Positions 20,186-33,796 of a stretch of DNA of 64,000 nucleotides are shown here, piece after piece. The DNA comes from Eledone cirrhosa (taxonomy: Eukaryota), in contig OZ024743.1 in the NCBI GenBank assembly GCA_964016885.1, positions 345,278,001 through 345,342,000 of the forward strand, in the 5' to 3' direction. Both the position numbers and the translations under genes were made by a program. The notes beneath the pieces were generated by a model. That model made no database searches, had not been told where the DNA came from, and worked only from the letters and a program-made list of their open reading frames with translations. Position 1 is the stretch's first letter, and each line of letters begins with the position of its first letter.

Positions 20186-20297
20186 CAGGTGATGTTTAAA
20201 TGATTTAATGTACTTTTCATTTAAGCATTCTTCTCATCTGGTTCAGCTTCGCACTCAAACAACTTAATCTATCCTTTATCCTCACTACACGAGACTT

Positions 20298-20362
<65 letters not shown>

Positions 20363-20380
20363 CACATATATATATATATG

Positions 20381-20463
<83 letters not shown>

Positions 20464-20765
20464 CACCGAATATGTGATGTGAGGCTTATTATATCCATAA
20501 GATATTAATTCAAAATATTAAAATATCTTAAGATTTTTAGGAGATTTAAGCTGTTATAATTATTCTTCAAATATTTATTCCTGAATCATTCGCTTGCAAT
20601 TCGTTGTTTCCGCTAACTAGTTCTTTATCACAGCGTACTAATTAGCTTAAATTTCATTCACGATAGACGTATTAAACATCAACATTTGACTGCAGAAGAT
20701 AACTATTTTGAGATACAGAAAAGATTTATGTATATATGTATAAATACACACACACACACATATAT

Positions 20766-20823
<58 letters not shown>

Positions 20824-20955
20824 GCGTGTGTGTGTGTGTGTGTGGGGGGGGGGTTAGTGTGTGTGCGTGCGTATGTGTGTATCTGTGTGTGTGTATTTAT
20901 ACATATATATATATAAATCTTTTCTCTAACTCAAAATATTTGCTATCTTCTGGTG

Positions 20956-21008
<53 letters not shown>

Positions 21009-21062
21009 TAGGATATGTATGTATAAATGTATAATATATTATTATATACACATGTATGCATG

Positions 21063-21097
<35 letters not shown>

Positions 21098-21179
21098 CTG
21101 TGTGTGTGAATGACATAATTCCATTACACTGTCATCCCCCACGCCGAAAGTCTACACACCCTCTAGCACTAATTTGACC

Positions 21180-22362
21180 TTAACCCCTACCCCGTCACCT
21201 CTCCCTCCACCCTCCTCCGCTTCGCCGACCTAGTTCTCACCCTTAACTGCTTCTCCATCTCGGGTGAATTTTCCCAGCAAGTCACTGGGTAGTCATGGAC
21301 ACAAGAATTTGCCCCATCTACGCCAACCTTTTCGTTGGCCACGTTGAGGCCCAGATCTTTGCCGAATACACTGGTCCCACCCATGAACTATACGATTGTT
21401 ATATTGACGTTTGTATCGTTGCCACGACTCTCACCCGGGAATAGTTCGACTCCTTCCTCTCTTTCCTCTGCTCCTTCCATCCCTCCCTCAACTTCACCAC
21501 CTCCATCTCCACCACTTCCATCCACTTCTTGAACATCTCCGTCGCCATCGACTTCTCCCACCACTCACTCATCACCATCGCTTTCTTCAAACCCACTGAC
21601 TCCTACTCCTACCCCATTCACACTAAATACTCCACCCCCTACTCTCAACTTCTCCGGATCTGCCGCTTTTACAGCCGATATGCAGACTTTGAAACCCAAA
21701 CCCTTTCTCTGGTCCGTCATTTTACACGGAGGGGGTACCCCACCTTTGTCCACTCCACCCTCACCTCACGCACACCGTCTCCCTTTCCTCCTTACCTACC
21801 ACCCAACCACACTACCCCTCCAACGAACCATCCTACACCTCTTCCGACGCCTTCAGTCAGACCCTTCCACCTCCCCCGTCCACCCACTCACCCCCTCTCC
21901 TTCAGACGCGCATGCAACCTCCGCAACCTCCTCATCCACAGCTCCCTACCCACAACCCCCGTTCTTCCCCCGGATCCCTTACCTGCTCCAGACCTCGCTG
22001 CCACACATGCACCAACATCACCAACACCACTACCTTCCAGGGACCCAACGGCCAGTCGCTCCTTGTCCGGCATTCCTTTCGCTGCACCTCCTCCAACCTT
22101 GTCTACGGACTCCGCTAGACGGAGGGTGGTGCGATTTATGTCAGACAGACGGGACGCTGTCTGGCCGAATGGTTCGCCTAGCACCTCCGCGTCACCCACT
22201 TCACCCGACACTTCCGGATATTCCGCTCGCAAATTGACCGTCTGCGGCTTGATTGCGTGCTCTGGAACCCCAGATGCCCGACTGAGGTCCGAGCAACGCA
22301 CGACTTCCGAACTACAGACATGCCCCGACCCCTGTTTGAACTCCCCACTCTTCTTCCTTTAG
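21180..22362 (+). mobile_element. Penelope-like element (Neptune-type) RT plus GIY-YIG pseudogene
   Basis: RT motifs FAPS..ANLFVG, YIDVC, FLNIS, FKPTDS and PYSQLLRICR. Linker CSRPRCHTC, then SFRCTSSNLVY and a YVRQTGRCLAEWF-like GIY-YIG. Frameshifted. Confidence 0.85.
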
Positions 22363-22742
22363 CCCCCGACTGACACCAACCATCACCTATCCCTACCTAC
22401 TACTAAGTTCACTAACCTCCCCCTCCTTTTGCCTCCAACCCTACCCCTTCTTGCCTTGTAAATATAAGCGAAACCATTTCCCTTTGAATTTAGATGGTAT
22501 TAACCGATAACAATTCACATACTCTTGTATTATGCTGTGTTGTATCATTATACCAGTGTAGATATTGTGATTTTACTGTGGTATAAATATATATAAACAT
22601 TCTCATATAATGATACAACACGGCAGCTTCGTATAATTAGAAGCATAATACCGAAGAAGTATATGTATTTTTATTGGTTAATATTAAACAACTAAATTCA
22701 AAGGAAAGCGGTGTCGCTTATATTTGTAATTATATTGCGGTC

Positions 22743-22793
<51 letters not shown>

Positions 22794-22894
22794 AATGTGT
22801 TCAATGAAAAGGAATTAGTTGATTTAGAATCAGTTGACTTTTATATAACAGATGTTAACAATATATGTTTAACTGGAGTTTAATTATAATAATA

Positions 22895-23315
22895 ATGGTT
22901 TCTCATATAGGCACATGGCCAGCAATTTGAGGGGAGGGGAATGTCGATTAAATCGACCCCAAGGCGTGACTGGTACTTTATTTTAACGAACCCGTAAGGA
23001 TGAAAGGCAAAGATAACCTCAGCTGGATTTGAACTAAGATCATAAAGGGCCGTAACTCCATGTTGCAAACGCATGGCGTCCGACTCGCTACCGATACAGC
23101 CAATCCACCGTTTTATTATAATAATAATTGTTTCTACTTTTGGCATAAGGCCAGCAAATAATCCAGTGTATTACTGGTACTTTATTTTATCGACCCCGTA
23201 AGGATGAAAGGCAAAGTTAACCTCGGCGGGATTTGAACTCAGAATGGCAAGGGCTGTAACTCTATGCTGCAAAGCATGGCGTCTGACCTTCTACCGATAC
23301 TGCCAATCCACCGTT
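22895..23315 (-). mobile_element. Two tandem tRNA-SINE copies
   Basis: Same consensus as the 19-20 kb array; flanked by AAT runs. Confidence 0.9.
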
Positions 23316-23351
23316 TTATTATAATAATAATAAACGAAAGACAGTTACTTC

Positions 23352-23385
<34 letters not shown>

Positions 23386-23529
23386 ATGTGTGTGTTTGCG
23401 TGTGTGTATGTGATTGCGTGTGTGAATATGTGGGTGTTTGTGTGTCCATCCTTATTTTGTTACCCTCTACTAAATCTAGCATGTGCACGATTTCTCTCAG
23501 CCATATTTAATATTTATTAAGTATGTGTG

Positions 23530-23720
23530 GTGAATTGGTAATATCGATAGAGTGTCAGAACCCATGCTTTGCAGCATAGAATTATGGCTCTTTACGCTTT
23601 GAGTTCAAATCTTGCCGAGGTTAGCTTTGCCTTTCATCCTTACGGGATCGATAAAATAAAGCACCAGTAATGCACTGGGGTAATTGCTGGCTTTGTGTCA
23701 AAAGTTGAAACAAGAATTAT
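23530..23720 (+). mobile_element. tRNA-SINE copy
   Basis: gagttcaaatcttgccgagg..gcctttcatccttacgggatcgataaaataaagcaccag. Confidence 0.85.
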
Positions 23721-24164
23721 TATGTTAGGTGCACATCTTTCTCTCTCTCGTTTAATATCATTATACTTTCTTCTGAATTGCTGATACATTTATTTAGTAC
23801 TTTTGACATTAATTTTATAAACATTTGTTATTTCGTACTGATGATACTAAATGAAGTGGAAAGAAAGGTTGTTTGTGAATGTAAGGGATATAAATATTAG
23901 AATATTAGTCGAATATTACAATTGAAACACAACAAGCAGGTAGAACAGAGGATAATTTAGGTAATTATATATTAGCTTGTTGAATAATTATATATTAGCT
24001 TGTTGGAGCACTTGTGTTACCTTTTGTGTTGTCTTTATTTATACCAGGAGATTTTGTGTTGATTAACTTCTCCAATTATGATTTTAAGAATTTGTTATGG
24101 TATGTGGCTTAGTTGGGAAAGTGTGAAATATGCTGTAACACTTGAAGAGATTATTTGTTGATTA

Positions 24165-24669
24165 CCGTATTTCCCGGCACCGATGAGGACTCGTCCTTGA
24201 TGACGCACCCTAATTTTGATAGCATTTTGGCAGTATCGGTAGAGGGTCGGACGCCATGCTTTCCAGCATAGTTACGTCCCTTTACGATCTGAGTTCAAAT
24301 CCCGCCGAGGTTGACTTTGCCTTTCATCCTTGCGGGGTCGATAAAATAAAGTACCAGTAATACACTGGGTAATTGCTGGCCTTGTGCCTAACGTAGAAAC
24401 AATTATCAATAAATTATCATTTTTGTGTGAGAGAAAATTACTTTACCCACCCTCCAGTAGTTGAATGCCACTCGAAAAGATGAATGAAAAGTTGAGCTAT
24501 ACAGGATTTGAACCCAGAAAGAAAAGAGACAAAACAAATGCCTCTCTAACGATTCTGTCAGTACAAAAAAAAAAAAAATAATAAACAACTTTCAGCCTAC
24601 TGGACATGGTAGATTTTTGTGGCTTATTTTAGGTAAAAAAAGTAGCGTCTTCAACACCGGGAAATACGG
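24165..24669. mobile_element. pogo/Tigger-like MITE containing two nested SINEs (24228-24405 +, 24410-24565 -)
   Basis: Terminal inverted repeats CCGTATTTCCCGG / CCGGGAAATACGG with subterminal GACGC / GCGTC; TA on the left flank. Confidence 0.7.
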
Positions 24670-25311
24670 TGTTTAGGTTTATTATAATAACATGTTTGAT
24701 GCTGCATTCCTGTATCCCAAAGGCTTCTAGTGTATTTTTGATCTTCCTCTTCGAGTGTCGGCTTTGCTGAGTGTAGGCTAAATTATAACGATGTGCTTGA
24801 TGCATTATGTTATCTATCTTGAACGTCCACCAATGTTGTTTGGCCTGTCCTGATTCATCAATCTACAATCAGAGATTCAGTGCATTCCATATTCAGATTC
24901 TAGTTTTTTGGTACGATTGCAATTTAAATGATATATGCTACGCTAGAGTTATTTGCAATCCAGGAAATTGTTTGTAATATATTGCAGAACGTCCACAGCG
25001 TTGATATTATGATACAATTATCAGCCACGTATCTTCCAAGGAATTCCATGCCAATCTTAAATAGATGGAGCATGGTAAAAATGTCCACTATAAAAACAAT
25101 ATGACAGACAAATTCAGCACGAAGCAAAGACGTCATGGTCACGCTTGAGATGCCGCCCGAATACTTTATTGGTTCCCTAGGTTTTTAATCTTCTTTCAGC
25201 AAACCCAAATAAATATGGGAGAGGTTAAGAATAGATAGCATATTCAAGTTATTCTCACAATATGTATGTATACACACGCACACACACACATACATATATA
25301 TAGATACACAC

Positions 25312-25372
<61 letters not shown>

Positions 25373-25373
25373 C

Positions 25374-25405
<32 letters not shown>

Positions 25406-25569
25406 ATATATATTTATATATAATCCTGCAGATGTTGGTGACATCTGTACTTACAGTAATTGAATACAATCTTTTCTATTGTGTTGAACAGAGAACTAAT
25501 ATGAACTTCGATGCATACATGCATACATACAAACACATAAATATATTAACACCACACATGCACTGATAA

Positions 25570-25623
<54 letters not shown>

Positions 25624-26904
25624 ACAGACACACACACCCACAGACGCGCACACACACCAACACACAAACACACACACATATATATACATCAAGATTCATA
25701 TGTATCTAAATATATGTATGTAACATTATATGTATCAACACGAATTTATACATATACGTCTATACAAACAATTTCACGCATTTACATTGGCCATTACTTC
25801 ATCTACTAAAACCTGTTTCCCTCATTGGATCTCTCACAAATCATTCTTACGTCGTAAGCCTCTCATTTAGTCCATCTTAACAAAAGTCTTATTGTTTTGA
25901 AAGCATGATTGATTCGTCGACTGGATAAGAATTTCCAGATAGTTTCTCTGTTAGCAAAATATGGTTGACATTGAATATTTAATTATTAGTGGGGCCGATC
26001 CATCCGTTATTTCAATGGCTTGAAAGATCAAGACCTACTCCCTAACCCTCTTATAAAAACCGAACTGTTTTATAACAGGACAATTAATGGAAAAGACCAG
26101 CATTTTGAAAAGATTTATTCTTTTAATAAATGTTTTCCCCTCACCTTACGTACAACATCACACGATTTACACAACATACTTTTAACAGTTATAATAAAAT
26201 AAATAAATACTATATAAGAAAAGGAATAAAAGACAAGCAAAATGAGTTAGGTGTTTGAAATGGCTGGCTACTTTAGTTTCAGCTTTCGATATCGTACGAA
26301 ATTTTACAGCGAGCTAACTCTTCAATATGCGGAGACCAGAAAGGGAGTGTTTACAAAATTAATCACATGTCACAGTGTGGAGTATATATTTGCATGGCTT
26401 AGTTGTATGCTGGCAGAAGCGAGAGATAATAGCAATTAGGGTAGATGCAAAATGTCGGTGTTTGACTTTGGAAGCTAGCGAAAGCTTGCATACTCAAATA
26501 CAGGCTTAAAATCGGCCATGATTTTCGTAGCTACCTCCATAATTAGTGGGGGGAAAATTATAACTTTAGCTGATGTAGCCTCTCAGAATGAACTGGGCAA
26601 AGAGCATGACATGGCTTGGGAAGGTCATGGGGTGAGGTTGGGCTAGCTGGAGTTGGACATTGGTTGGTTAGGCGTGGGTTAGAGAGAATAAAGAAGAAGA
26701 AGAAGGGAACTGCGTTTAAAGAGGAAAAGGGAGATTTGAGTGCGTAGAAAGAGAAGATCGCATGAAGAAGGAAAGGGGAGTTAGTTGGCATGAAGTTGAT
26801 GTTGGTGCTATGGTGTTGGTATGTTTCCAGATATGAGTGAGGAAGTGATGGGTGATGGTGTTAATATGAAAGACGCAAAAGAGGCTATCAATTGTCTGGG
26901 CATC

Positions 26905-26936
26905 TACTACAACTACTACTACTACTACTGCTGCTG

Positions 26937-26976
<40 letters not shown>

Positions 26977-27013
26977 CACAGCCACCACTACCTCGACCAC
27001 CACCACCACCACC

Positions 27014-27083
<70 letters not shown>

Positions 27084-27158
27084 GTTCTACTACTACTACT
27101 ACTACTAGTTCTACTACTACTACCAACACCACAGCCACCACCACCACCACCACCACCG

Positions 27159-27213
<55 letters not shown>

Positions 27214-27260
27214 GTCGACGACAACGACGCCATTGGTTGCTGCTGCTGGTGCTGCTACAG
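26905..27260. repeat. Compound (CTA)n/(CCA)n/(CTG)n trinucleotide microsatellite
   Basis: Seen directly. Confidence 0.95.
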
Positions 27261-27613
27261 ATAATAAAAATAATATAAATATTAGTAAAAATAATAATGT
27301 TTTCTGATTTAAGCACAATAATAAGGGTTTCATTTATTTGCCACAAGGGCTGACATATAGGGGAAAATAATAATGACAACAAGATGAATAACAGAAGAAG
27401 AAAAAAGAGCAGCAACAAAAATAATATAATATTCCAAGCTGACTCCCTCCACAGTAATCATAGCCATCAAGATGGCGGCTGTTGGTCAACAATATATAAA
27501 CACAGACTCCCTCCCTCATCCGTCTCTCTCTCTCTCTCTCATACACCCACGTGACCACAACTACCCATAAACAGACTCCACATATATACATACATAACCA
27601 CAGATACATACAG

Positions 27614-27710
<97 letters not shown>

Positions 27711-27751
27711 ATATGTAGAAATGGCTTCTACTCGACTAGAATTGGGTGTGT

Positions 27752-27799
<48 letters not shown>

Positions 27800-28274
27800 G
27801 TAGGCATCCACAGCGAAGATTATGAAGTAGCAGCGGAGGTCTGAGAGGCAAGGAGATCTAATGGCAAATAGGCTGCAGCTATTTTCTATATGTAGTGAAA
27901 TCACACAGTCAATTTCCGCATCACATAAGCCAACGGTCAAAACAGACTGAGTTGAAAGAACCCGAAAACAAAAGCAAAAAAACAAAACATAATAATAATA
28001 ATGATTTCATTTATTAGCCACAAGGGCCGACATGTCGGGGACAATACAAAGACAGGGACAGTCGTGGTTTACAATAAGGTCGAGTAAAAGTGCACAATGG
28101 CAAGACTAATTCAACAATGAAAATATAAAAATATAAAATAAACTATGCATAAATATAATAAAATAAATTCCCCGATAGGGGGTGGACGACCCTGGGGTGA
28201 CTCGGCTACCCCACCAATCCTGAACCACCCTGCACTTCTAGGGCACCCAGGGAGAGCACCTCTCTCCTCAAGTT

Positions 28275-31200
28275 AGCTAGCCTATAGGCGCATGGTCAGA
28301 GTAGGCCCATTCACACGAGCCATTCTCGCCACATTCACCCACCTTTTAGCAAATGTACTGGAGGCCAGCACTTCTCTCCACCCTCATCCCCCTTTCCAGG
28401 TGAAACTTGAAGAAGTTGATGAGGGATTGCCCGAAGAGAAAAGTGTCTGTCTTTAGTCCTTTCAACCTGGTCCACCATATAACCTCTTTCGCAACAGCCA
28501 CCAGACAGAGGAACATTTTCTGCTCTTCCTGACCTAAAGAAGGCGGTGGATCGATCTTCACTATGGACTCGGCCGGATTCGTTCCACAAGCGACAGTAGC
28601 TGTTCGACATAACTCCACAAGTCAGTAATGCACGGACATTGGACAAGTGCGTGCAGAACGGTTTCGTCGTTCTGTGCGCATCTTGAGCAGGTCCGTCTGA
28701 CAGCACTTCCGTGCCTGTAGAGTTTATCCCGAACCGGCAGTGCCCCCGGTAGTACTGCCAAGCGAGGGATTTCTGAAAATTGTCCATCGTCCCCGGCTCA
28801 AAAATCCTCCGGTACAGACTGGTCAGTTCGACTTCGTCGAGGCACAAAGCTTCTCCGAGTGCGTCATCGCACTTGCCCACCACTAATCCTATATAGAACT
28901 TGAGAGTGGAAGTTCCATTGATCGCATTGCCGGCTTGGTAGAGGGCAGTGAGTGCCTGGCAACATTCCAGGTGCCATTCACCCAGTTTCGGTCTCTTCTT
29001 GACCCAGGACTGCAGCTCAGTCAAAGAAATGAGCTGCGGAAAGGCCGTCTGATAAACGGCGACCACACCTGTTCACCGTTTAGGCAGAATATCTGGAGAT
29101 GTCGCAGCCTCAACGCATGTCTGCGCATCATTAGCCACGGATTGCCCAGCCCTCTGCGTAGAGGGTGCTGGCAGCAGATGGACCGCCTCACCAACGGAAC
29201 TTGTCACATCCACAAGAATTTGAAGAGGAGCCGCTCTAACTTGACGAGGCGCGGACGGGGGCAAGGCACGACGGTCAGGCGGTAGTAGATGACGGACGCG
29301 TTGTACGCATTCGCCACCCCTACGCGATTTCAGTGATATTTTTGGGTGAGACTGGCTACCCTGCCCGTCACCTCGTCCCAATTCTTATCCACCTGGAGGT
29401 CTGGTCCGAACCAAACCCCGACCAACTTTACCGGTCCGTCCGTCCAGCGCCTAACGACGCTGTTGGACGGCATGGGCTTGCCTCTGCTGGTGCCGAGTTG
29501 CAAGCCCACCGACTTTTCCGGGTTAAGTTTTGGTCCCGTCAACCTTTCATATTCCTTCATGCCCTGCAACAGCTCCAGCTTTCGTAGTAAAGGCTCGAGA
29601 GTCAATACGTACAGAAGGGAAGAGAGAGGGCACCCTTGACAGACCGATCGGGAGAGCCGAAATGGTTCCGCGAGGTGGCCATTAACTTTGACCACCGAGC
29701 GTGTGCCGCTGTGCATTGCAGCGATCCAGCTTCTGAAGACAGGGCCGAAGCCAGCTGCTTTGAAGACAAACTCCAGATACCGATGGTCGACCCTATCGAA
29801 TGCTTTCAATTGATCTAAATTGATCAATGCCCCACCGAAGGCAGGTTTACACCCTACCCTCTCTATGACGTATCGCATGAGGTGGAGATTGTCGTGTATG
29901 GACCTGGCTGGAATTGCGCAAGTTTGCACCTCCCCAACCAAATCCTCGACGACAAGTGCAGCCAACAATTGCGTCCTGAATTTCGGCTGAAGTAATCGGC
30001 CTTTCGCAGCGCTCAGCGTCGACCGTCGAGATGCGCGGCAAGCCGTCAGAAGGTAGGAACTGAAATCCGCTACTCTCTCTACCTCGCCACTCTCCCCGAA
30101 CAACCGTGCAAAGTGCTGGCGAAAGCCCTCACACATCCGCTTGAAATCGCTTATCTCGTGTCCGTCTCAGTTCGCCAAAGACCGAATTGTGGTTTTATTA
30201 CCACGCTGCGCCTCCGCCACGCGGGCCCATCGAATAGCTTTGGTTCCCTCGTTTCTCAGCGCACGCGCTTTAGCTCTGACAATGCAACCTTCGTGTTTCG
30301 CATTGAAGAAATGGTCTAATGCCATTCTCGCCGCTAGCACGTCAGTTGCAATGCCACTACAAATAACCTCGTCTAACTTATCTACCAGCTCCCTCTCCTT
30401 TCTATTTTTTTCTAACGCTAGTTCTTTGCTGAACTCTATCGAAGTTACTCTAATCTCTCTTTTGGGAGCCCCCCACCATCTGTTGTTGATGATCCCCCCT
30501 GTCAACTTTTGCTTAAATAAATTGTTGACTCGGTTCCTGTAAGCCTTACGTGCCGGAAATGACATGTTCAGCTTCCAGTAACCCGGTCCAAACCTAACCG
30601 TTTTATCTAGGTCGACTGTACAGATCACAAATTTGTGATCTGAATAGGCGACCGTTTTAAAAAGTGGGCAGCCCACACTATTTCTATCTATTTTCCTAAT
30701 GAAGATCCTGTCTATATACGATCTAGATGACCCCATTCGGTTGGTCCATGTCCATACTTGCACATTGGGGAAATTTAGTCGATACCTGTCAGACAGTTGG
30801 AACTGGCTGAGTAGGTACTTGAGGCTTTTGCACCCCCCGCTCCTATCGGCTACTCCCACACAATCTCAGCGTACGTCTAAGATGCCATTCCAGTCCCCCG
30901 CTAACAATAAAGGGCGAGACGTACCCAGAAAGATCTCGGTCGTCCGGCCGCTGTGGGGGGGGGGGGGGGGGGGGCAGCAGTCTAAAGGCACCACCTTCGC
31001 TACTGCTCACATCCAAGACCACCAACTTACCGTCCGGGTCCCAGAAGATCGACCTTACCTCGAGATCCAGTCCTTTCCTTAACAGCACTGCCACCCCACC
31101 CCTCATTCTCGGCCTGTTAACAGATGAGAAGATCTGATAGTCGTCGAAAATGGGGGCTAGTGTGCGCGTGTCTGAAATTCTGGTCTCGCTGACGGCAATC

Positions 31201-31301
31201 ACATCCATTTCCAGCGACCTGAGGTCGTTGAGCAGGCGACCCTGCTTCCAGGGTGACCCCAGGCCGCGAACATTTAAACATCCTACTCTTAATATGGCCA
31301 T
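28275..31301 (-). pseudogene. LINE ORF2 pseudogene (AP endonuclease, reverse transcriptase, C-terminal Cys/His domain)
   Basis: APE motifs LNVRGL, VSET, GGVAVL, WTW..SRSYIDRIF and SDHK; RT motifs KAFDRVDH and QGCPLS; C-terminal CSRCAQNDETVLHALVQC. Frameshifts, and two internal deletions relative to copy 3, one of which removes YADD. Confidence 0.88.
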
Positions 31302-31330
31302 GTTGGTAAGCTAAGAGAGAGAGGGAAGGT

Positions 31331-32130
31331 TTACTTACCTCCCGGGGTCTTGTGAAGGTCGGGTAGTTCGACCTCCATGGTTGGTGGGGTTTCTTTTGGG
31401 AACCCCTTTAAAAGTCTCGATGTGGGTTTCACATTCGGGGTTCCCACGTCTTGAGGAAAGTTCTCTCGAATTTCTTTGAAGGAATTGAGTGACATTCGGA
31501 CCAGAAGCAAATCTTCTGGTACGCAAAATGTGCTCATTTCAAAAATCTCCCCTTCTGTTGGAATGTCCTCGCTTCGTGCTAAGAGGGCCATCAGTTTATC
31601 GTTGGCCCTTCTGACAATCACGAAGTTTTTAACATTTTGTAGGTGTGGTTTTATTTGTTTTCGTGTTGGTGACTGTGGTGGTGATGGTTTTGGTGGTGTT
31701 GTTTCGGGTATGTCTGTATTTGTTGTAGGTGTGGTGTCTGCAATTTCAGGTATTTGTGTGTTTATTTGTACTTGTGTTTGTTTAGGTTGTTTGCGTTTCG
31801 GGGATTGTGGGGGTGGTGTCGATATTGCTGTTGGTGCTGATGTTATTGGGGAAGTGTTTGCGTTAGTGGTGTCTGTATTTTTTGTTGTGTATGTTTTTGT
31901 GTATTATTGGGGCTTTTTTGGGGTGAGTTTTCTCTGTTTTTTTTGCACTTTTGGGTTTTCCTTCATCTTCGCAGCTGGAAGACAAAGGGTCTGTAGCTGT
32001 GAGTGTCTCTGTGTCTGTGTGTGCGTTTATTGTTTTGTCTATGTGTATAATTGGGGAGGGGGAGTGGGAGAGCTTTCCTCGTTTTCCCTTTGGATTGATT
32101 TTGGTGTTGGTGGTGATCCGGCTGTTTTTG
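31331..32130 (-). pseudogene. C-terminal part of LINE ORF1 (T/P/K-rich linker plus terminal domain)
   Basis: Reading frame ends about 30 bp before the ORF2 ATG; low-complexity linker. Identity inferred from position only. Confidence 0.55.
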
Positions 32131-32199
32131 ATGATTTCATTTATTAGCCACAAGGAATAATAATAATGATAATAATAATAATAATTATTATTATTATTA

Positions 32200-33543
32200 T
32201 TTCATTTATTAGCCACAAGGGCCGAGATGTAGGGGACAATACAAAGACAGGGACAGTGGGGATTTACAATAAGGTCGAGTAAAAGTGCACAACGCCAAGA
32301 CTAATTTAACAATGAAGATATAAAAAATATTAAATAAACTATGCATATTTACAACAAAATAAATTCCCCGATAGGGGGTAGACGACAAACAATAAAAATG
32401 AAAATTCAAACAATGAAAAATTCCCCAATAGGGGGGAACCCTCCGAGAGGCACTCGTGGCGAAAACCACACAAAAAGGCCACGGCCACGCTGACCACCAG
32501 GGCAAGCGCCCTCTCTCAGTTTTCCCACACCTCAGTATACAGGTGCATACTCAGAGCGGGCCCGTTCACTCGGACCATTCTCGCTATATTCACTCACCTT
32601 TCAACAAACTTGCTAGAAGACAGCACTTGCCTCTCCACCCTGATTTTCCTCCTCAAGTGAAACTTGAAAAAGTTAATCAGGGATTCGCCGAAGAGGAAAG
32701 TGTCTGTCTTTAACCCTTTCAATCTTGTGCACCACACAATCTCTTATGCCATGGCCACCAAGCAGATGAAAACCGCCTGCCCTTTCTCCTCGAAGGAAGA
32801 CGGCGAGACTATCTCCACAATGGACTCAGTCGATAACCGGATCGGTCCTACACGCGACAGAAACAGTTCGACATAGCTCCACAAGTCAGCAATGCTCGGG
32901 CACTAAACGAGTGAGTGCACGACGGTTTCGTCTCTCTGCGCGCATCTCGGACAGGCTCGGCTGACGGCACTTCCGCGCCTGTAGAGCTTATCCCGAACCG
33001 GCAAAGCTCCCCGGTAGCACTGCCAGGCCAGGGATTTCTGGAAGTTATCCATAGGCCCTGGGCTGAAAGTTCTCCGGAAGAGAGCAAACAGCTGATTTTC
33101 TTCGACGCCCAGGATCTCTCCGAGAACGTCGTCGCTCTTCTCTTCCACTAGTCCTATGTAGAACGCCGAGGGGGATGTTCCACCGATACTGGTGCCCAGC
33201 TGGCAGAGAGCAGTGAGTGCCTGGAGACATTCCAGTTTCCAAGCGCTATCCCTCGGTCTTTTCCTGACCCAGGACTGCAGTTCCGTCAAGCTGTGGGAAA
33301 ACGTGCCTGGCGAACGGCGACCAAACCTGTTCACCGCCAAGGAAGCACGAGAGATGTCGCAGCCTCAGCGCATGTTTGCCCATCATCAGCCATGGCATGC
33401 TCAGTCCTCCACGCAACGGGTGTTGACAGCAGATGGATCGTCTGACCATGGGAGCGGATCCCTTCCACAAAAAGCGGAAGTGGAGGTACTCCATTTTAGT
33501 GAGAGTTGGGTAGGGGCAAGGGACCGCGGTGAGTCGGTAGCAG
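32200..33543 (-). mobile_element. Tx1-type LINE copy 2 (5'-truncated, different subfamily)
   Basis: YRLTAVPCP..GGLSMPWLM..MDNFQKSLAWQCYRGALPVRDKL..CPRCAQ. The outer ~185 bp match the copy 1/3 tail. Confidence 0.88.
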
Positions 33544-33554
33544 ATAATAATAAT

Positions 33555-33592
<38 letters not shown>

Positions 33593-33593
<1 letters not shown>

Positions 33594-33780
33594 TGTTTCT
33601 ACTTTTCGCACAAGGCCAGCAATGACCCAGTACATTACTGGTACTTTATTTTATAGACCCCGTAAGGATGAAAGGCAAAGTTAACCTCGACGGGATTTGA
33701 ACTCAGACCGTAAAGGGACGTAACTATGCTGGAAAGCATGGCGTCCGACCCTCTACCGATACTTCCAATGCACCGCCCTT
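33593..33780 (-). mobile_element. tRNA-SINE copy between LINE copies 2 and 3
   Basis: Full consensus, flanked on both sides by (AAT)n. Confidence 0.9.
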
Positions 33781-33796
33781 AATAATAATAATAATG

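Larger units (their letters stand above)
28003..32130 (-). mobile_element. Tx1/L1-clade LINE copy 1: ORF1 C-terminal half, internally deleted ORF2 and 3' UTR
   Basis: ORF1 remnant stops at 31331 and ORF2 starts at 31301. The 3' end is cccttgtggctaataaatgaaatc followed by (ATT)n. Confidence 0.92.

Noticed and set aside
23833-23870. CTGATGA..GAAA hammerhead-like match
   Set aside because: No stem III, cleavage triplet or stem I partner.
24180-24200. CCGATGA-GGAC-TC-GTCC hammerhead-like match
   Set aside because: The core is mutated and GAAA is absent; it lies inside a MITE.
24780-25200. Possible old RT fragment (YVADNC..) on the minus strand
   Set aside because: A single degenerate motif; not confidently assignable.
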